From Deltaproteobacteria bacterium (GTDB lineage Bacteria > Myxococcota_A > Polyangia > Fen-1088): a DNA stretch of 64,000 nt. The stretch covers positions 544,001 through 608,000 of the forward strand of contig JANRKS010000032.1 of NCBI GenBank assembly GCA_033763315.1, in the 5' to 3' direction. Position 1 is the stretch's first letter; every line of letters starts with the position of its first letter. The notes under the pieces are model-generated. The model saw only the letters and a program-made list of their open reading frames with translations. It did no database searches and was not told the origin of the DNA. Shown in pieces: positions 55,544 to 64,000 of the stretch. Position numbers and translations under genes: made by a program.

Positions 55544-56394
55544 CAGCCAATCTCCACCTTTTGCACTTGAACCGGCTGATCCAAAATCCACGTGGCGTGT
55601 TCAGCGAACCATTCCGGATCGTCCGTTGTCACGAATTCACGGCGGCCCTGTCGGGTGAGGCGGCTTGTCATGTCCGGGTGACGCCGCAACCAATCCGCAA
55701 GCCGGTCTGCCACAAGCGGTCCCTGCGCCAGCACTTCAACCGCTGGAGGCACAATCTGCCGGATGCCCGCGTAAAGCAGCGGGTAATGCGTACAACCCAA
55801 CAGCACCCGGCTGGGCGCGGTGCTGGGATCAACGAACAGCGGGTCGAGGTATTGATGCAAGAAGTGTTGCGTGCCCGGGCTGTGCAGTTCACCTGCTTCC
55901 ACCAGTGGCACCCACATCGGGCACGCTTGTTGAATCAAGCGCAGCCGCGGCGCCAGCTTCGCCAATTCCAGGCGATAAGAATCCGAAGCGATTGTGCCCT
56001 TCGTTCCCAGCACAGCCACCGTGCCTTCGGCAAGGGCAGGCGGCGTCACGCCGGGCACCGCTCCAGGCGGCAACCCCGCCAACGCTTCCGCCGAAGGGCG
56101 CACCACACCCAGCAAACGTTTGTCGGGATGATGCGTTGGCAAATAGCGCTGCTGCAAAGTGCGAAGCGCACGGGCCGAGGCTGTGTTGCATGCCAACACC
56201 ACCAGGGGGCAGCCTGCAGCGAACATGTATTCCACCGCCTGCCGCGTGAACGCCGTCACCGTCTCGTGGCTGCGGATGCCATACGGCGAGCGCGCGCTAT
56301 CACCCAGGTAAAGGTAGTCGTATTCCGGCAGACGCTGCAGCAATGCTTGCAACACCGTCAGCCCACCGAAGCCAGAGTCGAAAACGCCGATCAA
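55543..56394 (-). CDS. murI: Glutamate racemase
   Basis: IGVFDSG.GGLTV, YLGD.AR.PYG, LACNTAS, LGCTHYP. Confidence 0.96.
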   Translation of the reverse strand: MIGVFDSGFGGLTVLQALLQRLPEYDYLYLGDSARSPYGIRSHETVTAFTRQAVEYMFAAGCPLVVLACNTASARALRTLQQRYLPTHHPDKRLLGVVRPSAEALAGLPPGAVPGVTPPALAEGTVAVLGTKGTIASDSYRLELAKLAPRLRLIQQACPMWVPLVEAGELHSPGTQHFLHQYLDPLFVDPSTAPSRVLLGCTHYPLLYAGIRQIVPPAVEVLAQGPLVADRLADWLRRHPDMTSRLTRQGRREFVTTDDPEWFAEHATWILDQPVQVQKVEIG

Positions 56395-56546
56395 AACACC
56401 CCACTTTACACAGAGGCTGAGAAAAAAGGCTGACTGGGCTGCCGCTTCTCAACGCCAAGCCGCGCAGATGGTGCATCGCGGCTTGCGGCAGCTGCCCGAG
56501 CTTGTGGAAGGCCCGCCTGCTACAGTCGGCCCCCTCACTCCCCAAG

Positions 56547-56870
56547 ATGAATATGCCCGCCGCCAACCCGAAGAAGCAGTCGTTAATGCCCGCTGGTCCT
56601 TTGCGCCGCAAACTGCGCGCCGCAGGTCACAACTTGCGCCCGATCGTTCACATCGGCAAAGACGGCACAAGCGCCGCCGTGCTCAAACAGTTGGATCAGG
56701 CGTTGCTGGATCATGAACTTGTGAAGATCAAAATTGCCGGCGAGTGCCCGCAAGATCGCGGCGAGGTTGCTGCCACGCTGGCGGCCGAGCCCAATCTCGC
56801 TGTGGCGCAAGTGTTGGGTCGGACCATTCTTGCCTACCGCAAGCATCCCGAAAAACCTTCGTTCGAGTAG
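56547..56870 (+). CDS. yhbY: YhbY (CRS1/YhbY) RNA-binding protein
   Basis: LRA.GH.L.P.VHIGK.G, AL.DHELVKIK, Q.LGRT...YR. Confidence 0.9.
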   Translation: MNMPAANPKKQSLMPAGPLRRKLRAAGHNLRPIVHIGKDGTSAAVLKQLDQALLDHELVKIKIAGECPQDRGEVAATLAAEPNLAVAQVLGRTILAYRKHPEKPSFE

Positions 56871-56878
56871 CCGCGGCC

Positions 56879-58093
56879 ATGACCAAATCGCCCGAAGAGA
56901 TGTTGCGCCGCAAGCGCAGCCTTCGCTCGTTGATGTTGATTCTGTTTCTGGGCGGCGTTGCGGTGCTCATCTTGTTGGTGCGCGCGCGCGTCCGTGGCCC
57001 CACCGACGCCGATGAATTTTTGGAAACCATCGCAGCATCGCGAGCCGACGTGGCGCTTGTGGCGTACACGGTAGGGGCCGACGGTTTGCCTGACGCATCC
57101 GATCCAATTGTGCAGCAAAACGCCGGCGAGAAATTTCCGTTGGCCGCTGTGGCGCGCATCCCTTTGTTGTTGGCTTACGCGGACGCCGTGGTGCAGGGGC
57201 GCGCGAAAGTGGATGAGCCTGTCTCTCTTGATGCGTGGGAACGCCATCACCTCAACGGTACGGACGGCGGCGCGCACGCCACGGCCTTGCGCGCGCTTGG
57301 TTTGCATGTAGATGCCGAAGGCTTCTCAGTGGCGCCCAAGCGTGACGTGTTGCTTGACGATGTTGTGGCGGCGATGATCCAGCACAACGATAACTCGGCG
57401 GCGGATTTTGTTTTGGCCCGCTTGGGTGCGGTGGCGGCGGCGCAAGCGCTCTTAGATGCAGGCTTGACGAATCATGATCCCATCTTGCCCACCGCCGGCT
57501 TTTATTTGGCCGCCGCTGATGCCGATACGGAAGCGGGTGCCAAACGCGTGCTGGCACAGGGGCCGCAAGCCTTGTGGCAAACCGTGCAAGCTGCCGCGGA
57601 TCGTTTTGCGAAAACCGAAGCGGGAACGCCCGCGCAACGGCAATGGTTAGACAAACACCCAACGCCTGGCACAGGCGTGCAAGCGCTGTGGGCCGATCAA
57701 GCGTTGACCCAAGGCGTGGCTTCACAATACGCCACGCTTATGGCGAAGATCGCCACGGGTCACTACGGCAGCGCCGCTGTCTTGCCGATCGTGCAACGTC
57801 ACTTGGCGTGGGCGATGAAGCTCGAAGGCAACGAGAAGTTGTTCAAAACATTCGGCAGCAAAGGTGGCACCTCCGTGAGCATCATGACCGAAGCGATGTT
57901 CGCGGTGCCCAACCAAGGTGATTACGCGGGCAAAACGCGCGTGGTTGTGTTCTTAAACCGCCGGATGCCATCACTGCGTTGGTTCGCGCTCGTGCGCAGC
58001 TATGTGCACCAGCAATTCATCATGAAGCTGGCGCTCGAACGTGCCTTTGCCACGAAGGTGGCCGCGACGTTTGCCGCTCCTGCCGCGCCCTAA
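56879..58093 (+). CDS. Membrane-anchored class A beta-lactamase-like (serine hydrolase fold) protein, catalytic residues substituted
   Basis: N-terminal TM helix. FPLAAVAR where FPLASxxK is expected, TDGGAH, MIQHNDNSAAD where SDN/SSN is expected, KGGT box. Confidence 0.75.
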   Translation: MTKSPEEMLRRKRSLRSLMLILFLGGVAVLILLVRARVRGPTDADEFLETIAASRADVALVAYTVGADGLPDASDPIVQQNAGEKFPLAAVARIPLLLAYADAVVQGRAKVDEPVSLDAWERHHLNGTDGGAHATALRALGLHVDAEGFSVAPKRDVLLDDVVAAMIQHNDNSAADFVLARLGAVAAAQALLDAGLTNHDPILPTAGFYLAAADADTEAGAKRVLAQGPQALWQTVQAAADRFAKTEAGTPAQRQWLDKHPTPGTGVQALWADQALTQGVASQYATLMAKIATGHYGSAAVLPIVQRHLAWAMKLEGNEKLFKTFGSKGGTSVSIMTEAMFAVPNQGDYAGKTRVVVFLNRRMPSLRWFALVRSYVHQQFIMKLALERAFATKVAATFAAPAAP

Positions 58094-58214
58094 AGGCCCT
58101 TTTCGTCTGTTACGCCGAGTTTGCGTTGCTGCCACAACCCCGAAACGAACTTTGAGGCACACTAAGCCCGGGTCAAGGTTGGGGTGTTCGTGGCGGCGGC
58201 GTTGTGTGATGGCA

Positions 58215-58325
58215 GGGGCGCGGGCGAGGGCAGGTGAGGGGCGGCAGTGGCGGCGGGCGGGGGTTCGTCAGCGGGTATGGGCAGGGGGGCCAAGGGCGGG
58301 TGGCTGGGCGGGCAGGGGCAGGGGG
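58215..58325 (+). other. Dense G-tract block (potential G-quadruplex) in an intergenic region
   Basis: Fifteen runs of 3 or more G within 111 bp, upstream of the ECF sigma gene. Confidence 0.6.
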
Positions 58326-58485
58326 CGGAACGACAAAGCGAATCGGGGGCGGCGGTCGTCGTCGAGGTTTCTTCGGAAACTGCGACGGCGGCTTCCGCGT
58401 TTGTGCCGTTTGCAAAGCAAATCGATGACTTGGCGGCAAAAACAGCAGCCGCCCGTGGTTTTGATACGCTTAGAGACAGCCGCGC

Positions 58486-59121
58486 ATGAGCCAGAACGTG
58501 GCACCTGCACGTCTTCTTTACTGGCACATGAAAACTGGCGGCACACTGCGTCTGGTCAAGCCCGAGCCTCTCGAGGGCGCGGTAGGCGTGCCTTCGGTGC
58601 CGGCTCTGTACCAGCTCTACAGTCGCTACGTGGCCAGCATCGCCGCCAAACTGCTGGGCCGCGAAGATGAAGTGAAGGACGTTGTCCAGGACGTGTTCGT
58701 GGCGGCCATGGAACACTTGGACGAACTTCACAAGGCGGAGTCCGTCAAAGGTTGGCTCGCAGCCATCGCCGTCAACAAGGCCACCAGCCGGCTCCGGCGG
58801 CGCAAAGTGCGGGCCATGTTTGGCCTCGACAGCGGTGTTCACACACCGCCCGCGCATCCTGCCAGCCCGGAGCAGGCCGCCTATCTTGCGCAGCTCTATA
58901 AAGAGCTGGATCAGCTGCCCGTCAGCCACCGTGTGGCTTGGACACTGAGGTATGTGCAAGAAGAGCCGCTTGAAGAGGTGGCAAAGCTTTGTGCGTGTTC
59001 GTTGGCCACAGCCAAGCGTTGGATCGCTTCGGCGCAAGAGGCAATCGTGGCGCTTGAAGCCAAAGCGGGCGCTTCAGGAGGCGGTCCGCAAGCAAGACGA
59101 CCAGGGGAGGGGAAGGCGTGA
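58486..59121 (+). CDS. ECF-type RNA polymerase sigma-70 factor
   Basis: Region 2 LY..Y...V......LG..DEV.DVVQDVF and WL..IAVN. Region 4 LDQLP...R.AW.LR.V....LEEVA.LC.CSLATAKR. Confidence 0.9.
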   Translation: MSQNVAPARLLYWHMKTGGTLRLVKPEPLEGAVGVPSVPALYQLYSRYVASIAAKLLGREDEVKDVVQDVFVAAMEHLDELHKAESVKGWLAAIAVNKATSRLRRRKVRAMFGLDSGVHTPPAHPASPEQAAYLAQLYKELDQLPVSHRVAWTLRYVQEEPLEEVAKLCACSLATAKRWIASAQEAIVALEAKAGASGGGPQARRPGEGKA

Positions 59122-60203
59122 TGAACGATATGATCAAGGCACTAAAAGATGTGGAACCAGCGTGGACGGGCGCTGAATATGATCGCTTGTTCGCGGACGC
59201 AAAGTCTCGCGTTTCGCAACGGCGGGCGCTTCGACGCCGCCTTCGCGTGGCCGGTGGTGCTTTGGGTGCTGTGGCGTTGGCGGTGAGTGTTTTGTCGCTG
59301 GTCAGGCGGCCCGCGCCAACCACCGTGGCCCAGATTGAGACGAACCAGATGGCAGCAAGCTCGCGCTTGTTGCGCTTCCCTGACGGGTCCACCGTTGAGT
59401 TGCTCAAGCCGCAAACCACACTCACGCCGCACGAAGTGAGCCTCACGCAAACGCATCTTGAATTGGCTTCGGGGTCGGCCCGCTTCGCCGTCACATCGCA
59501 ATCCGTTCCGCACTTTCGCGTGGATGTGGGCACCGTTTCGGTGGAGGTGCTGGGCACCAAATTCGATCTCGAGCGGCAAGACGCGCGCACACTTGTGACG
59601 GTTCAAGAAGGCCTCGTGTGGGTGACGTGGCCTGGCGGCGGGGCTGAAGTGCAGGCCGGCCAATCGGGGGTGTTCCCTCCCGTCACCGGGCGGCCTTCCG
59701 CGGCGGCAAGCGCGCCACCGGCCGCCCGCGTGAGCTCAAGTGATTGGCGGCGCCTGGCCCGCCGGCAAGACTTTCGTGCAGCCTTGAACGTGCTCGAGCG
59801 CGAACAGCCGGTGGTGCGCGATGAGCCGGGCGATCTCTTGCTGGCCGCGGACGCCGCGCGCTTGGGTGGCAAACCCGCCAAAGCCGTGCCGTACCTGCAG
59901 GCGGTTGTAAAGCGGCACCCCGCGGACGCGCGCGCCTCTGCAGCGGCGTTCACGTTAGGGCGGCTCTACCTCGACGCACTCGGTGAGCCCCGCAAAGCGG
60001 CTGACTGCTTCGCCGACGCCCGCCGGTTGTCGCCGCACGGTCCTTTGGCCGAAGACGCTTTGTTTAGGCACGCGGAGGCTTTGGCGCGCGCGCAAGCATG
60101 GCCACAAGCCAACGCCGCGCTTGCCGATTTCGAGCGTCTGTTCCCGAACCCGCGCCGGGCTGAGGCGTTGCGCGCGCTCCTACGAAACCAACACCGGCCT
60201 TAG
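59118..60203 (+). CDS. FecR-like anti-sigma factor with a C-terminal TPR region
   Basis: Single TM helix. FecR motifs DGS.V.L, L..G.ARF.V, V.VLGTKF, V.V.EG.V.V. TPR-like LL.AADAAR..G, AAFTLGRL, P.GPLAEDA. Confidence 0.88.
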   Translation: MMNDMIKALKDVEPAWTGAEYDRLFADAKSRVSQRRALRRRLRVAGGALGAVALAVSVLSLVRRPAPTTVAQIETNQMAASSRLLRFPDGSTVELLKPQTTLTPHEVSLTQTHLELASGSARFAVTSQSVPHFRVDVGTVSVEVLGTKFDLERQDARTLVTVQEGLVWVTWPGGGAEVQAGQSGVFPPVTGRPSAAASAPPAARVSSSDWRRLARRQDFRAALNVLEREQPVVRDEPGDLLLAADAARLGGKPAKAVPYLQAVVKRHPADARASAAAFTLGRLYLDALGEPRKAADCFADARRLSPHGPLAEDALFRHAEALARAQAWPQANAALADFERLFPNPRRAEALRALLRNQHRP

Positions 60204-60207
60204 CTGT

Positions 60208-61164
60208 ATGTGGCATGGGCGGTTGGCTTGGACGTGCGCGCTGCTGGCGGTGCTTGCTGCCCCCGTGCATGCGGCACCGCCGGCGACCAAACCCGTGATC
60301 CGCATCGAGGCGTGCGCGGACCTCAACGACGCGGCTACGCGCAAGTTGCTTGCGCTTGAGTTGGGCAGCCTGGCCGAACGCTCCACCGTCAGCATTCATT
60401 GTGATGGCACCACGGTTGTTTTGAATGTGACGGCGGGCGAGCGGCAAGGCAGCCGTTCGATGAACTTGGCGGGAACAGACGCGCGCGCTTGGCCCCGCAT
60501 TCTCGCGCTGTCCGCTGTGGAGCTGTTAACTGAGCCCATCATCACGCCAGAGGTGGCCGAGGTGGCGAAACCGAGCGCCTCGCAACCAGCCACAACCATT
60601 GCCGCGGTGGCACCCGCTCCTGTGCGCTCTTCGCCCGTGGGTGTGCAGATCGCGCTGTTTGCCGGCGCGTTGATTCGTGCGGTGCCTCGGCTGCAGACAA
60701 GCACGACGGGGCTACAACTTGGCGGCATTGGTGTGTGGCCTCAGCCGCTTGGGCCATGGCGCTTGGGTGCGCGCGTGGCGGGCGGTTTCGAGCATGGCCA
60801 GCGTTCACTGGATGCCGGCGATGGTGTGGCCAACGCGGTGTCGGCGCTTGTCGCGATGATGGCGTTGCGTCCTGGCCGATGGGCGCCTTGGGGCAGCGTT
60901 GGGCTGCGCGCCGGTCGCGCTTGGTTGCAAGGCGTGCCCACCGACATCGCCACGGGCTCTTCTTTTTCCGCGCCATGGCTTGGGCCTGAAGCGAGTCTCG
61001 GGCTGCAATGGCGCGGCGTGCATGGCCTTGGGGCCGGTGCGCATGTCGACGCGGGGTATGCCGCCGTCGCCGCCGTGGCGCGCGGCATAGCGCCCACTTC
61101 GTCACGCTTTGGCTACGACGGCGCTTGGTTCGCGCTGAACATTTCGCTAGCCTTGCAGCTGTGA
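60208..61164 (+). CDS. Exported protein with a probable C-terminal beta-barrel (ECF/FecR cassette partner)
   Basis: Signal peptide ending VHA, N-terminal domain R.LAL.AVEL, Pro/Ala linker, Gly/Trp-rich amphipathic strands. Confidence 0.7.
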   Translation: MWHGRLAWTCALLAVLAAPVHAAPPATKPVIRIEACADLNDAATRKLLALELGSLAERSTVSIHCDGTTVVLNVTAGERQGSRSMNLAGTDARAWPRILALSAVELLTEPIITPEVAEVAKPSASQPATTIAAVAPAPVRSSPVGVQIALFAGALIRAVPRLQTSTTGLQLGGIGVWPQPLGPWRLGARVAGGFEHGQRSLDAGDGVANAVSALVAMMALRPGRWAPWGSVGLRAGRAWLQGVPTDIATGSSFSAPWLGPEASLGLQWRGVHGLGAGAHVDAGYAAVAAVARGIAPTSSRFGYDGAWFALNISLALQL

Positions 61165-62807
61165 CTCGCCCGCCTCAGACGTTCGTTGCGGTGATTGTGG
61201 CGGGCTTGTGCCTTGGGAGCGCCACCGGGTTTATTGGCTGTCGCGATGAACGACCGGTGCTGTCACTGCGCGACAGTGACGCGGGCGTGTTGGATGGATC
61301 TGCGAGCGGCGAACTCAGCGTCACCGTCGATGTGACTAAAGTTGTGGGCGAGATCAGTCCGTTGATCTACGGCTTTCACTTCCCCGACAGCGCGCCATCA
61401 GACCTCGACTACGATGCCATTCGCCCCGCGTTGTTGCGCGTGCCGGGGTTTCGCCCCACCACCTACAACTGGGAAATCAACGCCAACAACGGCGGCATCT
61501 CGTGGTGCAATGAAAACGGCGGTGCGATGTCTTTGGACGACACCTCGGCGGGCTTGATCGATGTGGGGGCCGCTGTTGCGACCAAGCTCGGCGCCACCTT
61601 GGTGATCACGGTGCCGATTGGAGATCATGTGGCGGCTGACACGAAAGGTGGCAGTGGTCCGCCCGGCTGCACGGGGGATGTGCGCAAGTCGCCAAACTAC
61701 CTCACCACCCGTTTCATCGCGAATTTGCCCGCGGCCCCTTCACCCCTGGGGGCAGCGCCCAATTTGACTGACGCTCAGGTGTACCAAGATCAGATGGTGG
61801 CGTGGATTAAGCGCAAGCATCCGGGGTTGCCCGTGGTGTTTAGTTTGGACCGCTATCCGGATCGCTGGTCTAGCTTTCATCCAGCCGTTTTCGCGCAGCC
61901 GCCGAGCTACGACGAGATCTGCCAACGCGGGATCAAGTTTGCGGCCGCGATCAAAAGCATCGCGAGCGATGCTGTGGTGACGGGACCCGATGTCTCTGGC
62001 TGGAGCGGCCTCGTCGCGGGGGGGGCCCTCACAGAGCGTGGCACCAAGGGGGATTTCTTTGAGCACTACTTGCGTTGCATGTGGGCAGCGCAGCCTGCGG
62101 CGCCTTTGCTTGATGTGTTCGAGTTTGCGTGGGTCAGCGAGGCCGTGGCGGGCAACGAGGCCGTCAGTGGCACGGGCACTTCTGTCGATGTGATTGCCGC
62201 GCGCGTTCAGGCGCCCCGCTCGCTTTGGGATCCCACATACGTCGAAGACAGCGCGCCGGCGCAGAGTGAGGGTGCTTTGCGCCTGCTGCCTCGGTTGCAG
62301 GAGATCATCAAGAAGGTCGATCCGCAGGTTGGCATCTTTATTTCGGAGTGGAGTTTTGGCGGTACCGATCATGCCAGTGGCGCCGTGGCCGTGGCAGACG
62401 CGCTGGGCGTGATGGGCAAGTGGGGCGTGCGGATGGCTGCGTTGCGCTGGCATCAAGAGCCGCAGCGGTATTCGCTGGGGGCATTGCGCCTTTTCCGAAA
62501 CTTCGACGGCAAAGGCGCTGCGTTCGGGTCCACGGCCGTGCTGGCGGATGCCACGCAGATTGCCACCGTCGGTGCCTACGCCAGCAAAGATAACCGGGGC
62601 TCGTACATCCTGCTCATCAACAAAACTCTCGAAGAACAAAACCTGGCGCTGACTGTGAGAGGTCTTGCCCAAAGCACGGTTTGGCAGGTGTTCCGGGTGG
62701 GAGCCGATTCAGCGAACCCGCGACGCGAGGCTGACTTTGATGGCAGCGCGAGGCGAATCGTTCTGCCTGCGCTGTCCGTCAGCTTGCTGTACGCCCCCCG
62801 CCCCTAG
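61161..62807 (+). CDS. Glycoside hydrolase family 44-like lipoprotein, acid/base residue substituted
   Basis: Lipobox FIGC, ISPLIYG, YNWE.NA.N.G..W, VYQD, R.QAPRSLWDP.Y.E.S, ISEWSFGG..H.SGAVA.AD.LG..G, FRNFDGKG..FG. LDRYP replaces LDNEP. Confidence 0.85.
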   Translation: MTRPPQTFVAVIVAGLCLGSATGFIGCRDERPVLSLRDSDAGVLDGSASGELSVTVDVTKVVGEISPLIYGFHFPDSAPSDLDYDAIRPALLRVPGFRPTTYNWEINANNGGISWCNENGGAMSLDDTSAGLIDVGAAVATKLGATLVITVPIGDHVAADTKGGSGPPGCTGDVRKSPNYLTTRFIANLPAAPSPLGAAPNLTDAQVYQDQMVAWIKRKHPGLPVVFSLDRYPDRWSSFHPAVFAQPPSYDEICQRGIKFAAAIKSIASDAVVTGPDVSGWSGLVAGGALTERGTKGDFFEHYLRCMWAAQPAAPLLDVFEFAWVSEAVAGNEAVSGTGTSVDVIAARVQAPRSLWDPTYVEDSAPAQSEGALRLLPRLQEIIKKVDPQVGIFISEWSFGGTDHASGAVAVADALGVMGKWGVRMAALRWHQEPQRYSLGALRLFRNFDGKGAAFGSTAVLADATQIATVGAYASKDNRGSYILLINKTLEEQNLALTVRGLAQSTVWQVFRVGADSANPRREADFDGSARRIVLPALSVSLLYAPRP

Positions 62808-62851
62808 GTAAGCGGTTTTGGTTACCGTCACTACACCGTCCTGGCGCATTT

Positions 62852-62969
62852 TCACGGCGCCGTGACGACCCTCCGTCAATCTGACGTCTTCGGCGTGTCA
62901 CCCCGCTGGGCGCGATCGTCTGGTTACGTTCAGTTACGCACGTGCGCCTTGTCAGGCATGGCCCTTGCA
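62852..62969 (+). promoter_or_regulatory. sigma54-type promoter with upstream palindromes (candidate enhancer sites)
   Basis: AGGCATGGCCCTTGCA (GG 62955-62956, GC 62967-62968). Palindromes TCACGGCGCCGTGA (62852-62865) and CGTCA-ATC-TGACG (62874-62886). Confidence 0.6.
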
Positions 62970-62981
62970 GCTGCCAAGCTC

Positions 62982-63200
62982 ATGAAAAAGCGAAGCACCG
63001 TTAGCAAAGGAAAGCACACCCGGTCGCCTACAGAGCAACCCGCCTTGTCTTTGGGCGACGTTGTTTCGGCCGCCTTCGACCAAGCCTACGAAGTCACCAA
63101 AAACCAACAGCAAGCCGCGGCGTTAGCCTCCGTGGTGGTGCAGCGTTTGTTGGGTCGTCAGGCGCGCGGTCTTTACATGAAGCGGTTTGCCGTCGCCTGA
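62982..63200 (+). CDS. Small basic hypothetical protein
   Basis: 72 aa, basic N-terminus then an amphipathic helix pair LSLGDVVSAAFD.A.......AA.LA..VV.RLL. Preceded by a sigma54-type promoter. Confidence 0.65.
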   Translation: MKKRSTVSKGKHTRSPTEQPALSLGDVVSAAFDQAYEVTKNQQQAAALASVVVQRLLGRQARGLYMKRFAVA

Positions 63201-63241
63201 GCGCGTTCGACGCTTTTAGGACCAAAGAATCAACTCGCGAA

Positions 63242-64000
63242 CTATCGCTTTCGCTTTTTCGTTGGCCTCGGCTCTTTCGTTTTCGCTTTGCGGCGCTTCG
63301 CCGTTTTGCCCGTCTTGGCTTTTGTCTGTGCCGCGGCAAGACTTTGATTGTGTCGGCGCGCCTGGGCAATCGCGGCTTTGGCGTGAACGCCCATCTTTTG
63401 TAGCTCTTCCATCCAGACCTCTTTGTAAGGCCTGAGGATCGACACCAGCGTCTTCAGCACAGCGATGTCGCGGAACCACTTTTTGTTGGCGGGAACGATG
63501 TGCCAGGGCCGTTCGGGGCTGCTGCACTTGTTGAAGACGTCTTCGTAAGCTTCGGTGGTTTTGTCCCAAGCGTCCCGTTCAAGCCAATCCGACGGGTTCA
63601 GTTTCCAGAACTTACGAGGATCCTTTTCGCGTTCGAGCAGCCGCTGCTCTTGTTCGTCGGCGCTGATGTGCAAAAAGAATTTCACAACGATCGTTTTTGC
63701 GTCGCTCAGCACTTCTTCGAACGAATTAATCTGGGCGTAGCGCTTCTGCCAAATGCTTTTGGGCGCCAGCTCATGAACGCGCACCGCAACCACGTCTTCG
63801 TAGTGTGAGCGATTGAAGATCGCTAGATCGCCTTTTTGCGGTGCTTCTTTGTGAATGCGCCACAAATAGTCGTGCGCGAGCTCTGCGGCCGAAGGCACTT
63901 TGAAAGCTGTGACGCGGACCGTTTGAACGTTGGCCACTGATAAAATCTTGCGAACGCATCCATCTTTGCCGGCGGCGTCGCGGCCTTGGATGATCACCAG
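63242..64000 (-). CDS. ppk2: Polyphosphate kinase 2 family protein (class III-like), 5'-truncated by the window edge
   Basis: QGRDAAGKDG, FK.PS..EL.HDYLWR, FNRSHYEDV, KFFLHIS..EQ..RL, PW..VPA..KW.R. Confidence 0.93.
   Translation of the reverse strand: MVIIQGRDAAGKDGCVRKILSVANVQTVRVTAFKVPSAAELAHDYLWRIHKEAPQKGDLAIFNRSHYEDVVAVRVHELAPKSIWQKRYAQINSFEEVLSDAKTIVVKFFLHISADEQEQRLLEREKDPRKFWKLNPSDWLERDAWDKTTEAYEDVFNKCSSPERPWHIVPANKKWFRDIAVLKTLVSILRPYKEVWMEELQKMGVHAKAAIAQARRHNQSLAAAQTKAKTGKTAKRRKAKTKEPRPTKKRKR

Noticed and set aside
58173-58439. Pro/Arg-rich minus-strand ORF as an antimicrobial peptide
   Set aside because: TTG start without RBS or signal peptide. The composition follows directly from the C-rich strand, and all frames give similar low-complexity products.

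Overview
GC-rich (roughly 60% by eye), gene-dense bacterial chromosome segment, most likely from a Myxococcota/Polyangia-like organism. That call is inferred from an ECF-FecR/TPR cassette, a DUF1592/DUF1552 pair, a Ser/Thr kinase-ATPase, Cys-rich lipoproteins and many sigma54-type promoters. I saw no rRNA, tRNA, CRISPR array, transposase or prophage. Recognisable content: lhr-nei repair pair, mtnA, a four-enzyme cluster matching the transketolase route of D-apiose catabolism (apsI-aptA-aptB-aplK) with a SorC regulator, pyk, suhB, sbp-cysTWA with a divergent XRE-cupin regulator, greB, a lone flgF-like gene, queD, a sulfite/nitrite reductase, pssA, groES-groEL, murI, yhbY and ppk2. The best candidate for an undescribed system is at 4529-5719. 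It is a small operon with a possible sigma54 promoter, encoding a stand-alone lipoprotein C39 peptidase coupled to a Sec-exported precursor. The precursor has a double-glycine site followed by a very hydrophobic C-terminal peptide, and its RBS and start codon are exactly duplicated (26 bp), creating a 9-codon coupling mini-ORF. Other points of interest: two apparent pseudo-enzymes (a GH44 lacking its acid/base Glu, at the end of an ECF/FecR/OMP cassette, and a beta-lactamase-fold protein lacking SxxK and SDN), a 2OG-Fe(II) oxygenase with a TonB-C-like tail, a degenerate soluble chemoreceptor tip, a 58-aa CPXCG protein missed by the ORF track, a dense G-tract block and a recurrent leaderless gene architecture. 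All family assignments come from motif recognition by eye; no searches were run.
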